The notes under the pieces: generated by a model
Told to the model about the DNA's origin: nothing
The model's database searches: none
What the model saw: the letters and a program-made list of their open reading frames with translations, nothing else
Part shown: piece after piece, positions 53,096 through 61,165 of the stretch
Position numbering within the stretch: the stretch's first letter is position 1
Layout: the number at the start of each line of letters is the position of its first letter
From: a virus
Lineage: Duplodnaviria; Caudoviricetes
Length of the DNA: 64,000 bases
IMG/VR virus record: IMGVR_UViG_3300049988_000286
Coordinates: 384,001-448,000 of that record
Reading direction: 5' to 3' (one strand)
Translations under genes and position numbers: made by a program

Positions 53096-54076
53096 TTACT
53101 CGGTCGGAGCGCGGCTGGTGCCGAGGCGGAGACGGTCGAGGACCGCCTTTGCGCCTTCCTTGCCGCCCGTGCCCGTGGTCAGCGCTGCCGCCGTGGCGAC
53201 CTGTGCCGTCGAGGCAGCCGCACTCGGGGCACCACCACCCGTGGCCGGAGCCTTCGTAGCGCCATTGCTGTCGCTGCGAGCGCCGTAGGGGCGGAAATAC
53301 TGGCCATACGACTCCATGTCGTAGGGGAGGCCGTCCATCGAATCCTTGAGCATCGACTTCAGAGCCTCGATCGCGTCAGCCGAAGGGACTGCACCGAGCG
53401 CGTCCTTGAGGTTGAAGAGACCGTGGGTGTCGATCGCCGAACGCTCTACCTCGTTGAGCGAGCGCGAGTTCATCGAGAACTTCGAAGACGAGTAGTTGGC
53501 CCACTCACCCTTCTGGGTCTTCTTGATGGTGAAATCGCGACCACCGTCATAGTCGGTCGGCATGTCGGCGAGATCGGGATCGAGCAGCGCCTCATACACG
53601 ATGTCGTAGATCGACTTGTTGATGACGAAGCGGCGGATCGGGTTCTCGGGGGCGTTCTCCTCCTGAAGGGGAGAGTTGGTCACGAGACCCTGAAAGATGA
53701 ACGAACGCTTCTTGTAATAGACGCGCGCCAAGTCCTTGGTCTCTTCCTTGTCCCACAGGTGCTTGGTAGCAGCGACGATCGGGCACTTCATGCCGAACAT
53801 GTCGATGCAGGGAACCGTAACGGTCACGTCCTTGTCGGTGGGGAAATCACCCCCGACGACACCCGAGAACGGAAGCTTGATGACTTCACGCTTGACCCAG
53901 AAATAGTCGTTGGTGGTATCGGCATCCGGGAGGAACCGGATCGTGGCGCTCTGGTTGGTGGGAATGTCCCAGAAGGGGTAGCTGGCGTTATCGCCGCCGG
54001 TGCCCTTGGAACGGGTCTGCTGGTCGCCCTTCGAGGCGGTTTCGCGCAGCTTTGCGCGCAGTGCTTCCATGCTCAT
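53096..54076 (-). CDS. single-stranded DNA-binding protein (T4 gp32-like)
   Basis: TIRFLPDAD, VPCIDMFG..CPI, YYKKRSFIFQG, PTDY..GRDF.IKKTQKG.WANY. Confidence 0.88.
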   Translation of the reverse strand: MSMEALRAKLRETASKGDQQTRSKGTGGDNASYPFWDIPTNQSATIRFLPDADTTNDYFWVKREVIKLPFSGVVGGDFPTDKDVTVTVPCIDMFGMKCPIVAATKHLWDKEETKDLARVYYKKRSFIFQGLVTNSPLQEENAPENPIRRFVINKSIYDIVYEALLDPDLADMPTDYDGGRDFTIKKTQKGEWANYSSSKFSMNSRSLNEVERSAIDTHGLFNLKDALGAVPSADAIEALKSMLKDSMDGLPYDMESYGQYFRPYGARSDSNGATKAPATGGGAPSAAASTAQVATAAALTTGTGGKEGAKAVLDRLRLGTSRAPTE

Positions 54077-54237
54077 TCTATACTTGCCTTTTATATGCCT
54101 TTGGCTGGTGCCACAGGTCTTTGCCTTGATTTTGTTACTATGCCATGCGGGGTGGAGAAGGTTCAATTTCTTTTCCCAGCATTCTATTTATCTTCGCGAA
54201 CTTGATCCAAGGGGACTTTTATTCAAAACGCGCAAAT

Positions 54238-54274
54238 AAAAAGGGGCGGTAACCCAATAAGGATTACCACCCCG
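54238..54274 (-). terminator. intrinsic terminator
   Basis: GGGGTGGTAA...TTACCGCCCC followed by U-tract on minus strand. Confidence 0.7.
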
Positions 54275-54297
54275 AAGGTCGGTCTGCGATATTTACT

Positions 54298-55689
54298 TTA
54301 GCGCATTGGACGCTGGTTTGTCTGACGGCTGCTGTGCGCGAGGCCTACGATGCGATCAACATCGGCTTCCGAGGTGTCACTGACTACCTCGTGGGCGAAA
54401 TCGTCCTCGGGATCGCTCGGGAGGAGCACGTCCTCGGTGGTGAGATCGTCTTCTGCCTCGATGATCGGCTCCTCTGTGGGAACCATGTCGTCAAGCGGCT
54501 CATCGGTCATCTCGTCGCTCTCCGGCACCTCGACGTTCCAGCCCGCATCGGTCATGGTCACGATCACGTCGCTGATTACCTCATCGGCGATCGTCGATGC
54601 ATCTTTCTCGTTCGGGTATTCGGTTCCGTCGAGAGCATCCTCGATCTCCTGACGGAGGTAGGAGACCAGTGATCCGCGCAGGGTCTCGAAGTCGAGCACG
54701 CGATCTTCGTCGGCCAGCGTGTCGTCGTTGTAGTTGAAGTCATCACCGGAATCGGTCAGGAACGCGTCTGCGGAGAAATTGTCACGCACCGTTGAGAGAG
54801 CGATGTCGGTCGCCTGATCGAAGTCTCCGGTGTGCTCGTAGCCGGGCTGATGCTGACGGCGCAGGAGGCGCTCGACACGCTCGTCCTCGAAGATCGCAAC
54901 ACTGGACAGGCTGTCGAACCAGCGCCCAAATCCACGCATGGATTCCGTCATGATCACGCCGCCCTCGTTGTAGGTTTCCCAGATGTCCTTGGGCGCGACC
55001 GTTTCCTCAACCGCAACGGCATCAGCCTTATATGCGAGTTCAACAGCGCGCTTGGCGACGTTCTTGAGCAGCTTGCTCTCCGAACCATGCGAGAGCGCAT
55101 CGGCGACGCGCGACAGCATGTTGGACATACCATCGGCGCGGACCTTGCTCACAAGGGCCATCAAACGACGCATCATCTCATCCGGGATACGCTCGTTCTC
55201 GACGGGAGGGGAAACGAGGTGAAGGTACTGCCCGTTCTTGAACGCTTCCCAGTCAGCGGCTTCAACGCTGCATCCCAGCGCAGGAAGCTCGATCATCGGG
55301 ATTTCCTTCTTCTCATTCAGTGTCGTCATCGTCTCATCTCCTGTGTGGTTCTCTTCGATCGCGTTGGGGGCCAAGTCCTTCGGTTTCAGCACGCGATCCT
55401 GCTGACGAACATTGAAGCGGACATTGAATTTGCTCACGGTGACACGCATGGTTGCGATCAATCCCGTGATGGTGCGAGCGCTCGTTCCCTTCGAAAGGAA
55501 CATCATCACCTTGCTGTTCTCGCCATCTTCATGGATCGACACCGTGATGTTGTTGGGCTGTGCGAAGAAACGTCGGGCTTCAGTAGGCTCATAGACCTGA
55601 TTACCGTCGAAGTCGAAGATGTCTACGGTGTAGTCATAGCTACGCAGAATCTTGAACACCTCGGTAGCAAGGATTGCGGGATTGAACAT
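54298..55689 (-). CDS. large acidic late/virion protein
   Basis: TAAATA at 55717-55722; VFKILRSY...FD.DGN....P.EARRFF. Confidence 0.7.
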   Translation of the reverse strand: MFNPAILATEVFKILRSYDYTVDIFDFDGNQVYEPTEARRFFAQPNNITVSIHEDGENSKVMMFLSKGTSARTITGLIATMRVTVSKFNVRFNVRQQDRVLKPKDLAPNAIEENHTGDETMTTLNEKKEIPMIELPALGCSVEAADWEAFKNGQYLHLVSPPVENERIPDEMMRRLMALVSKVRADGMSNMLSRVADALSHGSESKLLKNVAKRAVELAYKADAVAVEETVAPKDIWETYNEGGVIMTESMRGFGRWFDSLSSVAIFEDERVERLLRRQHQPGYEHTGDFDQATDIALSTVRDNFSADAFLTDSGDDFNYNDDTLADEDRVLDFETLRGSLVSYLRQEIEDALDGTEYPNEKDASTIADEVISDVIVTMTDAGWNVEVPESDEMTDEPLDDMVPTEEPIIEAEDDLTTEDVLLPSDPEDDFAHEVVSDTSEADVDRIVGLAHSSRQTNQRPMR

Positions 55690-56522
55690 CAATGAGCCTC
55701 TTGTGATTTATCGGTGTATTTAGCCATTTCCGTCCAGAACAAATCGAACAGTTGCTTCAAGCGTGAAATTGCTCGGCGGCGATTACGCTCGTTCAGTTTG
55801 GACCAATGCTGCTTCACGACGGCATGATCACTCCATTGCGCGACATGCTTTGCCATATAGTCTCGGAAGTCGCGGGGCAGATCATCGAAAAACTCGATTG
55901 CGGCAGAGTCGCGCTTCAACCAGCGAAGACGATCAAGCAGTGGCTCGGCAAGATTGTGGAAGAAAGCGTTCGTCTCCAAGGCGTCATTATGGTACAGGGT
56001 CGCTTGTGCATCGCGGTGGAGGCGCAACTCGGCGTCATCCATCTTCGATGTGTCGGTCTTCTTCATGGCGACAATTGCCCGATTGGCGATCCCGGCTTTG
56101 TCCTTAAAGCGAGTGTAGTCGAGGATGTGTTGAAGTTCATGACGAAGTGTGGTGCGGACGTTGGTCGAGGTCACAGAGAAGGACAATGACTGGAGAGTTG
56201 AGCAATCCGCCTGAACAGTCACGACGTAGCGCGCCCTGCCGATTGGCGTTTGCAGCACGGCGGCGGTTCCACTGACATCAGGGTACTGGCTATCGATGAA
56301 GATGAGAAGGAAACTCTTGAGTATTGCAGGGACATCAAGAGCCTCACTCGCAATGCAATAATGGTCATTGCCATTGTACTCTGCGGTGGCGAGATGCTTG
56401 AGCGAACCGCCCGACTTTGACAATTTGAACAAGTAACTGGACAAAGCTTGGATGAACTCATTAGCGAGATCGCTTCGGCGAAGATCACTCGCGGCGTCTT
56501 CGTAGAGGTTGGTGAGGCGCAT
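55689..56522 (-). CDS. HExxH zincin-motif protein, putative capsid-targeted
   Basis: RHELQHILDY and downstream ETNAFF; start MRLTNLYE after CTAAAATA+4 nt. Confidence 0.6.
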   Translation of the reverse strand: MRLTNLYEDAASDLRRSDLANEFIQALSSYLFKLSKSGGSLKHLATAEYNGNDHYCIASEALDVPAILKSFLLIFIDSQYPDVSGTAAVLQTPIGRARYVVTVQADCSTLQSLSFSVTSTNVRTTLRHELQHILDYTRFKDKAGIANRAIVAMKKTDTSKMDDAELRLHRDAQATLYHNDALETNAFFHNLAEPLLDRLRWLKRDSAAIEFFDDLPRDFRDYMAKHVAQWSDHAVVKQHWSKLNERNRRRAISRLKQLFDLFWTEMAKYTDKSQEAH

Positions 56523-56575
56523 CCAATATTTAGGGTAAATACCCGGCATTGATCCGCGTCAGTAAAGGATTGTAT

Positions 56576-57115
56576 ATGAACGACTTTTCATCAATCCCTA
56601 CGCTTTCCGAGGTGCGTCTCCTCCCCGATACCCATGCCATGCTCGCCGAACGACAGCCGGTCTTCGATTTCACCCAAGACGGCAAAGATGCAGCAAAGCT
56701 GGCCGATCTTCTCACCGCCGCAATGCTGCGCTTCGGCGGAATCGGTCTTGCCGCCAACCAGATCGGTATTCCCACTCGCGCGTTCGCGATGATGATGCAC
56801 GATCGCCCGGTTGTCCTGTTCAACCCTGTTTTGCTTGAACTCGACGCAGAGACGGTATCGTTAGAGGAGGGCTGCTTGACCTTCCCTGATCTCTTCCTCA
56901 ACATCGCGCGGCCACGGGGTTGTCGCGTCATCTACCACGATCCCACTGGTCAACGCACCAACGATGTCCTTGACGGCTGGGATGCACGCGTCGCCATGCA
57001 TGAGATCGATCATCTTGATGGCGTGGTATTTACGAGCAAGGCCTCCCGCCTTCATCTCCAGATGCAACGAGAGCGTCTTCGCAAGGCGAAGAAGAAGGCT
57101 GCGCGTCGCAAATGA
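56576..57115 (+). CDS. def: peptide deformylase
   Basis: GIGLAANQIG, EGCLT, HEIDHLDG. Confidence 0.93.
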   Translation: MNDFSSIPTLSEVRLLPDTHAMLAERQPVFDFTQDGKDAAKLADLLTAAMLRFGGIGLAANQIGIPTRAFAMMMHDRPVVLFNPVLLELDAETVSLEEGCLTFPDLFLNIARPRGCRVIYHDPTGQRTNDVLDGWDARVAMHEIDHLDGVVFTSKASRLHLQMQRERLRKAKKKAARRK

Positions 57116-57151
57116 ATTGACACGGTGAGTTCGCTCCAGTAGTGGATTGCG

Positions 57152-57352
57152 ATGGATGCAAGTGAACTCAACGATCGCATGGTCGAGATCGTCTCGGGGG
57201 AATTTTCGGGCTTCGTCGGCTTGGCCGAGGATCGCAACGAGCATGGCTGGATCGGCGTCGTGCTCGATGCCGTTGATCCCGAGGACGATCGCGTCGTATA
57301 TCCGGTCCTGCCGGAGGACGTGATCATCCGGCCTGACTTGGAAGGAAACTGA
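57152..57352 (+). CDS. small SH3-like protein
   Basis: TTGACA-17-TAGTGG promoter with AGTTCG; VEIVSGEFSGFVG. Confidence 0.55.
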   Translation: MDASELNDRMVEIVSGEFSGFVGLAEDRNEHGWIGVVLDAVDPEDDRVVYPVLPEDVIIRPDLEGN

Positions 57353-57740
57353 AATGCCTTGGCCTTTGGTGCAGAGCGGTCCGAACAAGAACCAGCCTCG
57401 TTCGCGCAACGCAAAGACCGGTCGCATCCGGAAAAAGCACGTTTTCACAGCCCCGTCGCCGCCGCCGAGCGATCCCAAATCGTCCTGATTTTACGCTTGC
57501 CTCGCGGGATCGGGCGCGGCAATTAGGCCGCGTTATCAACGAATCAGGATCGAGCATGGCACAGCGTGACGGGTGGTATTGGGTTCGTCTCAAGCCGCGT
57601 GAGTGGACGGTGGCGCGTTTCAGCAATGGCCTTTGGAACCACGGCAATAGATCGATTACCGCTTCGACGATCATCGATCTTGGACCCTATTATATGCCTT
57701 TAGCGGCCTGACCCACGGGAGGGCGGGCGCTAAATACAGG

Positions 57741-58277
57741 ATGCGCCTTGCCCTCCTCGCCATTCTGCTACTCACGGGTTGCACCACCACTAGGGTGACT
57801 CTTCCCCAGCGTAGTGCCACCGAACAACTCCTCATCAGCGAAGCCGCCGAAGCTGCTGCTGTCGCGATCCACCTCAATCTCGGCTCTCGCAAAGCTTTCC
57901 TCGATACCACCAACTTCGAGGGGGTGGATGCCCGCTACGCCATGTCGGCGATCCGGGAATCCCTGCTACGGCAGGGTAATGCGATCGTTGACAACCGTGA
58001 CCTCGCCGATACCATCATTGAGGTGAGGGCAGGAGCGCTATCGATAGACAGTGCCACAAAGGTGCTCGGTATTCCGAGCGTCGATGTCCCTCGCTTCTTT
58101 ATCCCCGGCCTCAACATCGTTTCGCGCACCCGCAACACCGGCGTGGCCCGCTTCTCACTCTTTGCCTACGATCGCGCTACCGGGAAACTGGTAGCCTTGG
58201 TGGCACCGGTGACCGGTTACAGCCGCCGTGACACCAAATCGTTTGGGAGCGTCATCGCGTGGAGCGCGCAGCGGTGA
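57741..58277 (+). CDS. late lipoprotein (DUF6655-like)
   Basis: Lipobox LTGC; RSATEQLLISEA; TAAATA+4 nt+ATG. Confidence 0.7.
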   Translation: MRLALLAILLLTGCTTTRVTLPQRSATEQLLISEAAEAAAVAIHLNLGSRKAFLDTTNFEGVDARYAMSAIRESLLRQGNAIVDNRDLADTIIEVRAGALSIDSATKVLGIPSVDVPRFFIPGLNIVSRTRNTGVARFSLFAYDRATGKLVALVAPVTGYSRRDTKSFGSVIAWSAQR

Positions 58278-59095
58278 TGCGTGACCTCATCAATCTGATC
58301 GAGGGGGCGGGCGTCACCTACCGGGTTTCACAAGGACCAGACACCTACCGCTTCATTTACGATAATCATCCCAGCGTCTTCCATGACAAGAGGATCAAGT
58401 ACTTTGATCCCAAGGAGAGCGTGAGGGAGATTCACGTGATCGCAGAAATGGGTGATCTCGTAATCGGCATGGCGGGAATGCAAGTCAATCCGCATGATAC
58501 GGAGCAACTCTGGATTAAGTTCATTTCGGTCGATCCCGCCTATCAAGGGCGCGGCATCGGCAAGACTCTCCTGCGCCACATCTACCTCTATGCTGATGAG
58601 CATGGCTTCAAGATGGCACCGGGGAGTTTCTCACCGGAGGGAGAGCGTTTACGCCATCTTCATGATGAATGGGATAAGGAATTCCCACGCGTCGCCTATG
58701 ACCGTGACAAGAACGGTAACTACATGAACTCCAAGGGTCAGATCGTCCGCATGAACGAGGGTCATTCGTGGAGCCAGTGGGTGCGGCCCGGCGACGAGAT
58801 GGTCACCATCGATGTCGAGAAGGTCAGGGCATCATGGGCGCTCGACCGAGACTTCTATTTCGATGATGGTGACCACCCCAACGCGATCCGGGGACGGGTG
58901 TCTCGTTTCAACCAATGGCTGGAGCGCGGCGAAGCAATCGGCTTGCCTGAACTGTGCCTCAATCCATCCGGGGAGATTACCTTCATCAACGGTCGCCATC
59001 GGTTCGTGGCGCTGATGCAACGCGGCGTCGAGAGTCTCCCCGTCGCGGTTCCGGTAGATCAGGCTGACGAGTTTCGTCTGCGGTTCGGAAAATAG
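58277..59095 (+). CDS. GNAT acetyltransferase fused to ParB/Srx-like domain
   Basis: ISVDPAYQGRGIGKTLL (motif A); FINGRHRF; MRDLINLIE start. Confidence 0.75.
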   Translation: MRDLINLIEGAGVTYRVSQGPDTYRFIYDNHPSVFHDKRIKYFDPKESVREIHVIAEMGDLVIGMAGMQVNPHDTEQLWIKFISVDPAYQGRGIGKTLLRHIYLYADEHGFKMAPGSFSPEGERLRHLHDEWDKEFPRVAYDRDKNGNYMNSKGQIVRMNEGHSWSQWVRPGDEMVTIDVEKVRASWALDRDFYFDDGDHPNAIRGRVSRFNQWLERGEAIGLPELCLNPSGEITFINGRHRFVALMQRGVESLPVAVPVDQADEFRLRFGK

Positions 59096-59098
59096 TTG

Positions 59099-59129
59099 TT
59101 GACACCCAAAAGCTCGTGTGAGATAAATA
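59099..59129 (+). promoter_or_regulatory. hybrid promoter of Tyr/His tRNA operon
   Basis: TTGACA(59099-59104) and GATAAATA(59122-59129). Confidence 0.65.
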
Positions 59130-59134
59130 CTCCT

Positions 59135-59179
59135 ATGAACACGCAGAGCCATCACACCTATTATCATTACCACGCGTAA
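59135..59179 (+). CDS. leader peptide MNTQSHHTYYHYHA
   Basis: 7 of 8 consecutive codons His/Tyr; upstream of Tyr and His tRNAs; ATG 5 nt after TAAATA. Confidence 0.8.
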   Translation: MNTQSHHTYYHYHA

Positions 59180-59241
59180 GCGGGGTCGTGGTAACGCGTC
59201 CTCGTTTCGGGGACGATGAAGGTGTGAAAGAGCCAGCGTGG
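59167..59241 (+). promoter_or_regulatory. attenuator-like alternative RNA structures
   Basis: TTACCACG(59167-74)/CGTGGTAA(59187-94); CGTCCTC/GGGGACG(59197-59215); competing CCACGC/GCGTGG(59236-41). Confidence 0.6.
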
Positions 59242-59300
59242 CACTCTCCCCATAGTTGAACCCGCGAAGACGCAGATGATTTGCGTATCATGTTGCTAGT

Positions 59301-59384
59301 GGGTCGGCTGGACACGAGTGAGTCCACCTGACTGTAAATCAGACGCTTTGGCTGTGAGGGTGCAAATTCCTTCCCGGCCCACCA
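59301..59384 (+). tRNA. tRNA-Tyr(GUA), atypical D/T loops
   Basis: GGGTCGG/CCGGCCC, A73, loop CT-GTA-AA, V arm, CCA. Confidence 0.8.
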
Positions 59385-59409
59385 AGCAACCAAAGAACAG
59401 TGATCAGGT

Positions 59410-59483
59410 GCGGCCGAGGCTGACTTGGATGAGGCGCGCGGTTGTGATCCGCGAGATAGTGAGTTCGAACCTCACCGGTCGCC
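59410..59483 (+). tRNA. tRNA-His(GUG), no encoded G-1 or CCA
   Basis: GCGGCCG/CGGTCGC, stem CGCGG/CCGCG, loop TT-GTG-AT, canonical T arm, C73. Confidence 0.75.
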
Positions 59484-59502
59484 CCTGAACACTGTTCACC
59501 TT

Positions 59503-59596
59503 GGGAGGTGCCCCCGCTCGCCGGTTGTAACCCGGTGGTCTCTAATAAGGGTGGGAAGCATTGAGGCGATGGGTGCAATTCCTACACCTCCCACCA
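59503..59596 (+). ncRNA. D-armless tRNA-like RNA with GUA anticodon
   Basis: 8-bp acceptor GGGAGGTG/CACCTCCC, A-CCA end, anticodon arm GCCGG-TTGTAAC-CCGGT, 4-bp T stem; no D arm, 33-nt extra region. Confidence 0.65.
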
Positions 59597-59599
59597 CGT

Positions 59600-59674
59600 G
59601 GCGTTGGTAGCTCAATGGTAGAGCGCTCGATTGTGGATCGAGATACGCGGGTTCGATCCCCGTCCTTCGCCCCA
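59600..59674 (+). tRNA. tRNA-His(GUG) with G-1:C73
   Basis: G-1, GCGTTGG/CCTTCGC, loop TT-GTG-GA, CCA. Confidence 0.9.
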
Positions 59675-59702
59675 GACCTTCTAACAAGTCCCTAAATATG
59701 TC

Positions 59703-60080
59703 ATGCGCAACTTCATCGATATCGTCAACGAAACTGTTATGTCGGATTCCGACACCTACTATTATGTTGTTGGGAAGGTGCGCGACCTCTATACGATGAG
59801 GGCAACAATCGACGGCTATTGCGAAGATGGCGTGATCTACCTCGATCTTATTTCGGTAGACGATGCCGGTAACGGTGTCGGCACAGAGATGATGAAGGAA
59901 ATATGCTTCAACGCGGATGATCACCACATCGCCATAGAGCTTGAAGCGGGATCACACGGTCGAGGCAATATCAGTCAGAGAAAGCTGGAAGATTGGTATG
60001 GCCGGTTTGGTTTCAAGAAAACTGGCGCGGTCTCAAGCGAAGACCATCCCTATATGCGCAGAGAACCCTCTGCTACTTAA
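59703..60080 (+). CDS. GNAT-family acetyltransferase, late, putative capsid-targeted
   Basis: ISVDDAGNGVGTEMM, LEDWYGRFGFK; TAAATA+4 nt+ATG; MRNFIDIVNE. Confidence 0.75.
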   Translation: MRNFIDIVNETVMSDSDTYYYVVGKVRDLYTMRATIDGYCEDGVIYLDLISVDDAGNGVGTEMMKEICFNADDHHIAIELEAGSHGRGNISQRKLEDWYGRFGFKKTGAVSSEDHPYMRREPSAT

Positions 60081-60168
60081 ACATTACAACAACACAACAA
60101 GTTGTTGTTTTACATTCATGCAACTCTGATCTCTCCTGATAGTTATTACATCACATTAGGAGATAGTT

Positions 60169-60516
60169 ATGAAACGACTTGCACTTACCTTGGCCGCATT
60201 GGCTACCCTCGCCCCCGTCACTGCATCCGCGCAGCGCTACGACAATCGCTACGAGTTTCGCGGCTACGATCGCGGCGGCAATCCCGTCTACAGCTACCAC
60301 GATCGGCGATACAATCGGGACTGGCGAAATGATCGTCGTGACTACCGTAGAGATCGCCAGTGCCGTGACGGCACTACCGGAACGGTGATCGGCGCTATCG
60401 CGGGTGGACTATTGGGCAGAACCGTTGACACCCGTGGTGACCGAACGCTCGGTACGGTCGTCGGAGCCGGAGGTGGAGCCTTGGCGGGGCGGGCGCTGGA
60501 TCGTAATTGCCGATGA
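60169..60516 (+). CDS. glycine-zipper 2TM secreted protein
   Basis: Signal peptide; GTVIGAIAGGLLG...GTVVGAGGGALAG. Confidence 0.8.
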   Translation: MKRLALTLAALATLAPVTASAQRYDNRYEFRGYDRGGNPVYSYHDRRYNRDWRNDRRDYRRDRQCRDGTTGTVIGAIAGGLLGRTVDTRGDRTLGTVVGAGGGALAGRALDRNCR

Positions 60517-60614
60517 AGGATGGCGAATGCTCGCTGCGGATTAAGTAGATCGCCTCATCGGTTGAATTATATCCATGCCGAGGGGCGATCGTCATGCGTG
60601 AGATCGCGGATCGG

Positions 60615-60797
60615 TCAAAGCGGCTCGATGTCGAGGGCGAGATCGGCACAACTGGAATGGGTCAAGATCGCGACCGAAGTTGACCGCTCGTTGATTACTG
60701 CTTGCCCCTCTCCATGCTGCACAGGCTTTGCGCAGAAGGGGCAAACAGTGGCTGCGAGTGTCACCTCTTTGACTCGGTGGACGGTGAAGATGTTCAA
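60615..60797 (-). CDS. small Zn-ribbon protein
   Basis: TTG start coupled to upstream stop; CPFC...HSSC. Confidence 0.4.
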   Translation of the reverse strand: MNIFTVHRVKEVTLAATVCPFCAKPVQHGEGQAVINERSTSVAILTHSSCADLALDIEPL

Positions 60798-61066
60798 TGC
60801 GCGTCTCCCCAAGACGATCCAAATTCGCCGCAGTTGCGGTTGATTGAATCCATTACGCCATCTACCTCTGTCATGAAGTGTTCTTGATCGGTCTGGTCGA
60901 GACCACGATACATCCTTACATTTGCTGCAATAATAGCGCGACAGTTTTTCGGAAGACCGCTGCTGCCATAAATTGGTTTGCTGTTGTCCAGCAGTTCGGC
61001 GTCCGCTGAAACACATCCCGTCACGAGCAACACACCCATCAGCACACCCATCAGCATCTTCTTCAA
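60794..61066 (-). CDS. putative lipoprotein
   Basis: Lipobox VTGC; GGAG SD; TTGACA promoter with AGTTCG. Confidence 0.65.
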   Translation of the reverse strand: MKKMLMGVLMGVLLVTGCVSADAELLDNSKPIYGSSGLPKNCRAIIAANVRMYRGLDQTDQEHFMTEVDGVMDSINRNCGEFGSSWGDAH

Positions 61067-61165
61067 GTCGGCATCTCCCTACGCGTTCTATCAACGAACT
61101 ATCACACAGGTACGACTCCTTGTCAAAGCGCCTTCGTGCTGGCACCACCGCGTGAGGAGACGCCG

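Noticed and set aside
57324-57674. 116-aa minus-strand ORF
   Set aside because: Arg-rich, no clear SD or motif, and competing frames are equally plausible; left uncalled.
59170-59246. Degenerate tRNA-like cloverleaf ahead of the Tyr/His tRNAs
   Set aside because: No U33, no proper T-loop and no CCA; the pairings are better explained as alternative hairpins overlapping the His/Tyr leader.
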